A stretch of 64,000 nt of DNA, taken from the NCBI GenBank assembly GCA_036630325.1, contig CP142734.1, positions 930,001-994,000 on the forward strand, given 5' to 3'. A program made the translations under genes and the position numbers. Within the stretch, counting starts at the first letter, position 1. Each line of letters starts with the position of its first letter. The notes beneath the pieces were generated by a model. That model saw only the letters and a program-made list of their open reading frames with translations, searched no databases and was not told where the DNA came from. The DNA is from Vairimorpha necatrix (Eukaryota). Of the stretch, positions 34,931 to 45,718 are shown piece after piece.

Positions 34931-36179
34931 CTAAATTTCAATTGTATAAAAAGTTAATTTCATACTCTATTTTGAACATAATTACTGCCTAAGACAGCCG
35001 ATAATATAGAAGAAAAGCTGCATTAATGTTCTTGTTGAAAATTTATAAAAAATGCCGGAGTAATGTTTAGTAATAAGAGGTGTATGTCTAGATCTTAAAT
35101 GTGATGTTATTCAAAAAAAATGAATCAATAAAGTTCGAATGTTAAAATAAGAAAAAATTTACAAGAAAAAAAATTAAAATTTAAAACATATTAAATTGTT
35201 AAGTGAATTTCAGACTTAAGTACGAATTTTCCCTATAATATAAACCGATACATCAATTTTTTTTTAATTGTCACTTCTCAAGAGAAGTTAGCTAATGGCC
35301 TGACGCATTATCTCTCTTATTTTTGGTTGTATAGTATAATATAAAAATTAAAATTTTTTAATGATGCTTATAATATGCACTTGATACGATTTTACTTGCT
35401 AGCTCCTCGTCGGTCTGAATATAATATATTTTTACAACATTAAAATTTTCTAATTTCTATCTTGCCTTGTAAATTTATAATACAACCTCCTCCATTAATA
35501 ATTAAATAGTTTAGCTTTCAGCTTTAATTTTATTTATAAAATGACAGGATATTGTTATTTCTTTGCTTGGAATATTAATTTAAGTGAAATTTTTTTTTTG
35601 CTATAACTACTTCTATTAACAATGGTAATAGAGAAATTGTTGCCTGCGAGAGAGCCAATAAAAGATTGTTTTATAGAGAAGAATATTATTTGGCTTCCTT
35701 ATTTGGAAAGTTCTTTCTAAATGCTATTGTTTGTTAATCTGTAAGCGATAGCAATAGACAAACAATAAAAAATATGCCGAGGAAGGAACTAGAGCCTAAT
35801 AACAAACGGATAAGATATACCCGGTAGCAAAAAAGTTTAATCTGCCAAGAAAAATAAATTTTAATGGATTTTGCTCTACAAAAATTTGTGATTAATAAAA
35901 AGTAATCCAAAAATAAACAATTTTTCTCGTGTCTTCTTATATAGAGAGTCGTATTTCCCTCATTAATAGTAGTAGTTAGATAAATAGTTTTTACTGTGCG
36001 AAATTTCTATATTTACCCATATATATTTTAAAGTTACTTTACATATCTCCTCGGGTTGTTTGCAAAAAACGTTCTTTTTTATTTTAATGGCTCCGCCATA
36101 TTTAAACTTGATATCCGTGGAAATAAGCCACAATTTTTAAGATATTTTAAGAGGTGCAGGAAGGATGTCTTAAAAAAAT

Positions 36180-36800
36180 ATATAAATATAATAAGGTATG
36201 CTTAATGTGATTTATATTTCTAGTGTACTTCGGTATTTTACGCGTTAGCGCTCCAGCTTGTAAGTAGATTCTATTCTCCATGGTCTTTTTCATATCGGCT
36301 TCGTTTACTCTCATATAGTAGTCCAAATAATTGCTTTCTTGGCGGGTGTCATAACGTAACCCACTGGATGTACGCTTAACCTTCCTAGAGATTCCAAGTC
36401 TCTAATATTTGATTTGTGAAATTTAGTCACTAAAACGTTCAATTGATTACGTAGATAATTATTTCTGTTTTAACCATAAATTAGGGTCAGTTGTTCGCAG
36501 GGCAACATCCTAACTTAACTTATCGTTTTTTAGCGGCTGTAGATTTTCCTGTGACGTGACACCTTTTTCTATTATTCTGATCATTTTGTTTTTTTATATG
36601 CACGACAATTTCCGCATATCATATTATATCCTTATGTCTGTTTACAGTCATGTCGGTTCTTATTTCCACGTCTTTGTTTGCAAATATCTGTCGTATTAAT
36701 TGGTTTATTGGTCTCTTTTGTTAGGCTGCACTTTATATTTTTCACACAGTAGTAAGTGTGTGCATTTAAAAATTTCATTATAAGGATATACTATGCTATT
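36180..36800 (-). mobile_element. Non-LTR retrotransposon remnant with restriction-like endonuclease domain (RLE family 2)
   Basis: Broken minus-strand frames give NEI.KC.HLLLC, EIRTD, EIVVH.KK..IRIIEKGVTSQENLQ and KTEII.YV; homologous to 49321-49614. Confidence 0.7.
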
Positions 36801-36908
36801 ACCAATTTATAAATTTGATTCCTACATTTTAATATTGCAAAAAACTTGATTTTGTTCTTTGTCTTAAATTATAGTTATTTACGTATGTCCTACCACGTTA
36901 AAAAAACA

Positions 36909-37930
36909 GGCTAAAGTGCACTATAGGAATATTTTTTGAACTAGGGTTTTTTTGTTTTTTTTTGCCCCTTTTTTTGAAAAATGGAGGAAGGAATCAAAAC
37001 AAGAGAAGAATTAGAATTTATATATAATGAACTGATAAGAGAAAAAACAATAAATATTTGTAATCAATGTGGAGGTAAAATACGTAAAGTAAGTAAGAAG
37101 GAGTATTTATTAACTTGTACTTGAAAGGGATGTCGAAAGACAATTTCTATTTGGAATGACACTTTCTTTAGTAATTCTAAACTTAGTCATTTACTAACAT
37201 TACAAATACTTAATCTGTGGATTCTTGGGTATCCCAGTATGTATATTTGTCAAATTTTACATTGTTCGAAAAAAACTATATCTACAGTATTAAAAAAACT
37301 AAAAGAAATGAACATTTACGATAAGTATTTGTCATCAATGACCATTATTGGAGGAGAGGACATAATAGTAGAAATTGATGAGACGAAGATAGGAAAAAAT
37401 AAAAACCACCGAGGCAAGCTAGTGAAAGGATTTTGGTGTTTTGGAATGACCGAACGTACGTTGGAACGTAAAATAATACTAGTACATATAAAAAAAGGGA
37501 TAAAGAAACTCTAACAGCACTTTTATTAAAATATGTAAGCACAAAAAGTATCATACATAGTGATATGTGGAGAGCCTATAATTCTTTAGGTACTTTATTT
37601 AGCCAACACCATATGGTTAACCATACATTACACTTTAGAGACCCAATCACGGGAGTCCATACCAATACCATAGAAGGTAATTGGCGTTCTCTAAAAAATT
37701 CTATACCTAATAGAAACAGATCAGCCAATAGTGCAAAACTATATCTGTTTAGGTATATGCTTCAGCGAAATTCTTCTACTTCAGTCTTTGCTGCTTTATT
37801 AAAACTTTTATTCTACTTGTTAATTTATTTTCTTCCTCTCCATCTTCCTTCCTCCATTTTTCAAAAAAAGGGGCAAAAAAAAAACAAAAAAACCCTAGTT
37901 CAAAAAATATTCCTATAGCGCACTTTAGCC
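36909..37930 (+). mobile_element. Merlin transposon with ~85-bp near-perfect TIRs; transposase disrupted
   Basis: TIR GGCTAAAGTGC.CTATAGGAATATTTTTTGAACTAGGG..ATGGAGGAAGGAA; TSD AAAAAACA at 36901-36908 and 37931-37938; VEIDETK, SDMWRAY, VNH..HF.DPITGVHTNTIEGNW; TGA near 37122 and a frameshift near 37495. Confidence 0.95.
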
Positions 37931-38637
37931 AAAAAACATATTAATACTTTTAAATTCTCGTTTTCTACTTCCTCTTTCTAGCTTCTTATATTTATTTGAT
38001 CAGTGTTCTGCATAATTTAAACTTGCTTTCTATTTTTTCGCTTTTTTTTTAATTCTGTAATCTAAATAAATTTTTATCTCTTCGATCGTTTTTTCTTTTT
38101 TATATCTTAGCAATAAATTCAATTATCTATGCTATATCAAACAAATTAAAATTTTTATTTCTCAAAATTGATGCTTTAAACTCGTATATATTATTAAAAA
38201 CATATTTCTTTGTATATTTTCACACATACACGATTCTTACTTGTAACTCTTTCTTTGATATCACCACAACAAAAGAGCTCGACACGATGCAATTAATAAA
38301 AACATTTAATATTATCTATCAAGTGGAATGTTTCTAAAAATGAATTTCCTTATTTTTTGTATTTATTTTTAAAATCTCGGAAATTTAGTTCCTATTGTGT
38401 GCCATAACTATTTTTTAAAAAAAAAATTTTCTCATTTGCCGATATTCCGTAATTTTATGTTTTAAAAAGATTATTTATTTTCTTCTTGTTTAACCATTTA
38501 TATTTGTCGTATCATGAGGTCTTAAATAAAGGAAATATATAGACGAAATGTAAATCTTTGGAAAGTGTGATAGATCATAAAAAAATTTACAAGATGAAGA
38601 CTCTAGTTTTTGAATACAAGAATCTTTTTTACCCTTT

Positions 38638-39520
38638 CGTGTACCTATATTTATTATTAGATAAATAGCTAGTCTAGAGATTAATGAATAAAATTGCAGA
38701 TTGAATTGGGAGATCGAACAAACTTTGAAATTGATTATTATTGTTTTTAAAACAACAAGAAAACTAAGGTCAAAACAAAATTGGCAAATACAAGATATTT
38801 TTCTTATAACATAGGAATAAAGACATCAAATATTACATCTTCCGAACAAACAGAGAGAAAAAATTTTAAGTTATTAAGGAACTATTTTTTAAAATGAAAC
38901 AATATAATGAGATTCATATGTCATGACTGAAAATTTTGGTTCTTATAATCGCCGTATTGAACGGTTTGGGGTACTTTTTCACAATGGGATGAAGAAAGAT
39001 ATATAGTGGAGGCGAACACTTTAGAAATCGACCTCAACAAATAACAGCACATTGGACACTTGAAAAGGGAGAAATTTTGTAAAAATTGATATTCTGATTT
39101 TAGAATTATATTACAAGTTTGTTTACGAAAGAGTAAAGAAGATATGGAAAAATCATCATTGGAATACTGATATAACCAACAAATAAAATTTCTAATAAAT
39201 ATAATAGAACGAGCTATGGAATATTTTGATAAATATTATCCTAAAAAATTATCATACTTCCATCTTAAAGGCAAATATTCGACGGTAATTTAATAAGTGA
39301 AAGGTTGCTATATTTAATTGATCATTCCGATTTAGCTTAGGATTTAATAAAATTTATGACTTGATAATAGAAAAGTCTAAAACATTGACGACAACAATGA
39401 TGTATAATTAGAACATTGATGTAAGATGTCTAAAAATTGACTTAATCAATAACACATGCTATTTAGTATTTAGAGAACCCCGAAGAAAAAATCAAATGCC
39501 TATGATTCAAAAATAATAAG
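38638..39520 (+). pseudogene. Pseudogene of secreted family B
   Basis: ATAGAACGAGCTATGGAATAT, GGTAATTTAATAAGTGAAAG and GATCATTCCGATTTAG align with both intact paralogs; many stops and frameshifts. Confidence 0.8.
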
Positions 39521-40933
39521 TACAATAGAAATATATAATTGTTCAATTTTCTTTTACTCCCCTATTTATACTAAATACTAATTTTTAAATCAAAATGTTA
39601 AAAAACAATTTACTAGTACGCAAAAAATACTTTCATATAGATTTATTTTTATCAATTTACAGAAAAGTGTTTAATTTAAATTTATTTTGATTTTCTTTTT
39701 TACTATGTTGGTGTCTAGTAGATGTTCGAATACATAATAACATCTATGTAATTTCACGTTCTTATGTAGTATAAAGTTAAAATTGTATGATATAATTTCA
39801 TCTTTATTGCATAGTTTGCGGTAGTTTCTATTATATTTTTTTTCAATGAAATAAAAATTAATTTTTGCTTTTTTTAATTCATTGGCTTTTAAAGATATAT
39901 TAAGAAGTAAAATTCATTCATATGTCTTATATGCCTTTATTGTAAACTAAGCATGTTTTCACTTTTAAAAGATTTTTTATTTAAGTATTATATATTTCCT
40001 ACATATTTTATTTTGAGAAAAAAAATTATTATAATATATTCATTTTTGGACGTTATGCTGTTTTGTTTAACCTTTTTAGTTTATTGTTCTTCTTCCAAAC
40101 CCAGCCGCTTCGACATTAGAAATCAAAGATAAACTAAAAAATGGACACATAAGATAAAGGTATTAAGGAAATTACCCTAAATTTTTATATTAAACACCAA
40201 AAATAAACACATGACTTGAAGATATAAATGATATTTTTATTATGATCTATTTTGTTATTAGAAATTTTTACTTATTTTTTTTACGTGCAATGAGCTTTGT
40301 AAAAAAAGTTTAGACATTTTTAAAATTTGATTTTTTTATGACTATTATATTTGCGTAAAAATAGAGAGTAATTTGGTCGCTAGAAATTTTGAAGAAGTAG
40401 CAAAATATGTTTTTGTATTTTACATATTTTAAATTAAAGAATATAAATTTATAACACATTTAATTCAAATCTCATACATTCTCGAACTTTAAATGTTGTA
40501 TATATTTTATGATTTAATTATTTACGTATTATGTGGTAATTTGCTATTTCTTAACGTTTTTGTTTATTTTAAAATAAAAAATTTATTTAATAATATCAGA
40601 AAATTTTATAGTTTTGCCATTATATTTTTCTATAAATATATTTATTTTGATTTTTTGATGTAGGATTTTTTATTTATATTCTTCTTAATTTTTGTAAATG
40701 TCTTTTTTGAATCTTATTTAATACTAACGATTATGTTCTTTTTGAAATACAAGATCGTATAGTATTCTTATTGTATGCAATATTCTTTTTTGACGAACTA
40801 TTAGTATTTGTCATGCCTCACATCGGAAATTCCAAATATCTATATTTATGTCTTTATTTTTTAAATTCGTATATAAAACTACAAAATTATTTTTCAGTTT
40901 TTTGTTGTTAAAGAAAAAAATTTTACCCCTTTT

Positions 40934-41824
40934 ATGTTGCAATATTTTTTATTAGTTTTTGGTACTAGTTTAGGAAACAGTGAAAATGAAATACTGAGAT
41001 TGTGGGGGAGTCAGACAAAAGATGAACTTGAAAATCTACATGAAAAAAACAATGAACAGCATAAAGTCATTAGTAATTCTTTTAAGAAAAGGTATTCTCC
41101 TTATAAAATTAAAACGGAGATATCAAGTAAAATATCTCCTGAAGAAAACCCAAGAAAGAACATGAAGTCGCTAAGAAGATATGTTAATAAAATTAAGCAA
41201 TATAATCATGAGTTGAATGTTCAAAATCGAAAGTTCGATACTTATGGTCATCGTTTAATAAGGTTTTATGAGCTTTTGCGCGAGTGGGAAGATGAAAATT
41301 TAGTAACTAAAAGTCATCCTATAGAAATTGAACTAAGCGAAGAACAACGGAATAGTTATAGAAAAAAAGACAAATTTTGCTGTGAATGGTCGCTTGTTTT
41401 TATGAGTATATTGCAAGATTATTTGCCGAGGTGTAAAGATAAGATAAGAAAATCATCAATGGAAGACGAAAATAAACAATTAGTTATATTTACAATAAAT
41501 TCAATAGAAAGAGCTATGGAATATTATAAAAAATTAAATCGTAAAAATATAAGATATAAAACCCGTTATTACGAAAAAATATTTTATGGTAATTTGATAA
41601 GCGAAAGATTGCCATATTTATTTGATCATTTCGATTTAGGCGGAATGTTTATAGAAGTTTATGAGCTGATAATAGAACAATTCGAAAAAAATGGCGACAA
41701 GGATGATGATACGATTATAACATTAAGAGATATGGCCGAAAAAATAACTAGATTAATAAAATATGCTCGCGAATATTTAGAAAAAACCGAAGAGAAACTT
41801 AATTTGCTTGAGAACCAGAAATAA
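40934..41824 (+). CDS. Putative secreted protein, family B copy 2 (296 aa)
   Basis: MLQYFLLVFGTS N-terminus; upstream TTACCCCTTTT as in copy 1; collinear with 30871-31776. Confidence 0.82.
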   Translation: MLQYFLLVFGTSLGNSENEILRLWGSQTKDELENLHEKNNEQHKVISNSFKKRYSPYKIKTEISSKISPEENPRKNMKSLRRYVNKIKQYNHELNVQNRKFDTYGHRLIRFYELLREWEDENLVTKSHPIEIELSEEQRNSYRKKDKFCCEWSLVFMSILQDYLPRCKDKIRKSSMEDENKQLVIFTINSIERAMEYYKKLNRKNIRYKTRYYEKIFYGNLISERLPYLFDHFDLGGMFIEVYELIIEQFEKNGDKDDDTIITLRDMAEKITRLIKYAREYLEKTEEKLNLLENQK

Positions 41825-42369
41825 TAAATTTTTATTAATATCTTAAATATTAAATCATTTGCATATAATATGATTTATTTGTAATTATTGTAAGGTTAGT
41901 CGCCAAACAAAAATTTATGGGTTTTATACGTTACGTTTTATTAGTAAATTGTTCATTTTTATAATACTTCCTTGTAGCAATTTGCTTAATTACACGTTTG
42001 CGAGTATTTTTAAAGTGCTCTATTTTTAAGGAAAATGGAAAGATGAAATGTTATGGCGTATCTGTAAAATACATATTCAAATCATAATTGTTTGTACACT
42101 AAAAAATGTCAAATATCTCAATTGTCTCCGAATGTCATAATTCTTCTGTTTGAAAATTTATGATGGGTAGCGTAGATTTTCCGAATAATAGTATTGATAA
42201 TAGAAAAAATTTTCATGTTATGTAATACATAAAAATTTGTTAAATGTTTAAGTATTTTTAAATGTGAAAATATAATAACATCAAAAAATAAACAAAAATA
42301 ACTCTTTTTTATAGAGAGAAAGAGGTCTTTTACCACACGATCAAAAAAAATTTTAAAATAAACAGATAA

Positions 42370-43050
42370 AATGATCACGCCGCTATAAACCAGTATATAC
42401 TCCAGATAATGTCCACTCGTTGTGATCTTATTCTAAACATGATTATATAAGACCGACTGTGGGAAGCCGGACAATAATCAACTAAAGTTTTGTTAAGCGT
42501 TCGCTATTTTATGTTTAAAGAATTGAAAATTACACTGACAAGCATGTCAATAAACGAACAGGTTGAAAAACGTGTCTGACCCCGGATATCATAAAGTATA
42601 ATATACATGTATACTAAATATAAATGAATTGAACAACCTTAATTATTCTAAAGAGACAATACATTTTTTAAAAAATCTTTGTGCGGTAAAAAAATAGAAA
42701 AACAAATATGCTTGCTGAAATTTTTCATGCTTTCTGCTAACTCTTTAAGTCACAAAACACTTCATGATGAATATTTGGGACGTTTGTGACTAGTTTTAAT
42801 TGTAAGCACACCTGGGTTATAATTCTTGCTTCCAATTAAAGCATATTTACCGAAATGAGTACTTAAAATGATTCGGAAAGTCTAATTGGGCCATGATGTT
42901 ATGGGCTTGATACTGGTCAGAAAGGGCAATCGAGAACCCAAAAGAGAATGGTAAAAAAAATTCTAGCTTGCCCATGGAGAAAGTTAATGTATTCTGTGAA
43001 AATAACGCTAGTTTATGCTTAACCGAATTACATTAGTCAAAAAATAAACT
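42370..43050 (+). mobile_element. Old non-LTR (RLE family 1-like) remnant
   Basis: Broken frames give STRCD..HDYIR, NEQVEKRV, WD..T, VLKM..ESL and GLDTGQKG, ending like the family 1 3' end. Confidence 0.65.
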
Positions 43051-44503
43051 TTGCATGAATTAAATTATATATTCCAATACAATAAAAATATATTAAAAAG
43101 TACTCTTCTTTTCGTTTTCGTGTCGCTTATGGCTTTCTGTGCTTGAATTAAACATCCTTCCGTTTTTTCACAGTTAATATTATCAGCTTCCTTTTTAGGC
43201 CGTTTTTGTTAGAAATTCATCAAATGTAATTCAGTATCTTATTTGTCTCTATAAATTGAATTTAAGGTTTATTGTAGTGAAACCCCTCCATGCTATCGTA
43301 TAATATATGGGGTGTTTTTTCTAAAACCTTCTTGAAATATCTTATACATATATATGTTCTCAAATTGAAGTGTATTTGAACATACATAACTCCTCTAATG
43401 TTAAATTTTGAGAAAAAAGCAATTGTCAATCAACCTTAGATAATGACATAGTTTTTAATAACGCCCATCGTAATTAATCGTGGTCTATAAACCATTTGAG
43501 CTTTTGAATAAATCATGTAGAAAGAGAAAATGTAAATTTTTCGTTTTAATTTTTATAATATCAACTCTTTTTGCCTTAAAATATTAGCATTATATATACA
43601 TCTTTTGTCCGCGATTATTTACATAGTTAAGAAATAAGTAATAATTATTATTCACGATTGAATAACAATTTACAATTTATATTCGCCATTGTTAAGTTAT
43701 TTTTTAATAATAAAACGAATCTTTGCAAAAAAACATTTTGGATAATAAAAATTTTTAGAAAACAAATCGGATAATAATTAAAATATTTTCGCTCAGTATT
43801 TTACATTGCTGATATAAGTATATGTAGAAATAATAAACTTTTGAGTGTACATTTTTGTAATGTTTTCGAACGAAAAGATAGTACATTAATTCTTATATTT
43901 TTAAAAAGTTTATCTGTTTCAATAAAACAGTTAATGTATCACATGACATATAAAAGACCATATTTGTTTTTATATAATCGAAAAATATATTTCAAATACT
44001 TTACACCATACGAAATTTTGCAAAATTTTTATTAAATAAATCATTAAAATAGAAAAAATAATTTAAATGTGTAGATGCATTATTAGAAAACCAATCCGTA
44101 TATAAATTATTTAAGAATTATAATAATTTATCGTTTTGGTTTTTATTGGTCTCGTTTTGTCTTTTTTCTAAGATCTTTATGTATAAATAATTTTTAATCG
44201 CTTAAAATGGGAAAAAAATAAACATAGAATTGTGGTGCCTTATAAAAGTCGCATGAAATTACATTAAACAATAATTTTTACTATTAACAAAAATATACGT
44301 ATAAAAAATCAATAAAATTTATTTATAAATAGAAGCGTAATAAAAAGCAAAAAAAAATTTAGAGCTAAGTTTGTATTTAAAAAATAAATAGTTAAAGTAG
44401 CTCTTTAAACTTTTACTGGGGTTCTTTTTTAATCTTTAATTTACAAGTTTTTTTATTATTAATCATTTCTTAGCTTTCCTAGAGGCCGTCCTTGATCGAT
44501 CCT

Positions 44504-45421
44504 TTAAGCAAAATGATAGAATCCATTTTTAAATTCTTGTAAACTTTTAGTATTCAAGTTATATCTTTCAATTATAAATTTATCAATCATATTTATCAAT
44601 TTATAATAATATAATCCACTTATATCATCCGTTATATAGAAACTATTAAATATATTATATGACACAATAATCTCAATAGTTCGAAATCTAGAAATATGAA
44701 ATAATCCTATCAACAATCTAATTAAATTAGGAGTTGTCTTCATTTTTACAATAAACTCTCCAACATAAGTAAAAAATAAATTTATAAATTCTTGGTCACT
44801 TTTGACCAGTACATTAAGTATCCCTTCATTCAACAAATACAACTCTGTATTTGCAGAAGACATATAAGCATTAAAAAAATCTTTGATATCAAGTTTAGTT
44901 ATTGTGTGACTGTGGTCATACAATAAATATCTGTAGAAATAAGGATATAATTTAAGAGCTTCATGTATATCTAGACCACTTTTTAGTATATCTGGTAGAG
45001 TTAAATTTGGGACATTATTTATTAATGGTAAGTCGTACGTAAAAATATTAGAAAACAATCCTAAGTATTTTTTAGGATTTTTCAATTCTGTAATTTTATG
45101 CGAAAAACTTATTATATCCTTTTTGATTTTAAGTTTGTTTGTTTTAACAAACAAACAGTTAATGCAAAATATACTTTTAAAACAATTGCAAATTGGAATA
45201 CTAAAGGGGTCAAATTTCTGACTTTTGATAAAATCTATTAACTTATAAAACTCTATTTGATGTTCTTCATTGTCAAATTTTACATTATAATTCTGATCAT
45301 ATATATCTATAATTAATCTTTCATTAGATTTATAGAATATAATGTAATTATAATAACAAGCTTCTAAATATAATTCCTGAATATTTGAAGTTGAAACATT
45401 CTCAAGTTTTATTTTTATCAT
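44504..45421 (-). CDS. Hypothetical protein (305 aa)
   Basis: Long ORF with ACCCC upstream of the ATG; no family recognised. Confidence 0.7.
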   Translation of the reverse strand: MIKIKLENVSTSNIQELYLEACYYNYIIFYKSNERLIIDIYDQNYNVKFDNEEHQIEFYKLIDFIKSQKFDPFSIPICNCFKSIFCINCLFVKTNKLKIKKDIISFSHKITELKNPKKYLGLFSNIFTYDLPLINNVPNLTLPDILKSGLDIHEALKLYPYFYRYLLYDHSHTITKLDIKDFFNAYMSSANTELYLLNEGILNVLVKSDQEFINLFFTYVGEFIVKMKTTPNLIRLLIGLFHISRFRTIEIIVSYNIFNSFYITDDISGLYYYKLINMIDKFIIERYNLNTKSLQEFKNGFYHFA

Positions 45422-45718
45422 TTTACAGGGGTTGGAAAAAAGCGAATTGTAGCATTCAATTGTAATAATTTTGCATAATTGTTTTATCTCAACTTAAAAT
45501 TGCCTAGCACTTGTTTACAATACATTACAAATGGAACTTATACAAATACGCTTTAGAATATATTTTTTGATCTTTTCTGGCTTGACGTTTTTAGTAGCTC
45601 TTGATTCTTTAGACACTTTTGTCTTCCGGCAAACCTACGCTGATCATAATAATTTCCCAATATAAAGATTTTCGGCAAAAAACAAATGAAATGTTTGACA
45701 TGTTTTTGGTATACAAAC

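Noticed and set aside
44504-45421. Possible importin/HEAT-repeat identity for the 305-aa ORF
   Set aside because: Only a vague compositional resemblance; no diagnostic motif
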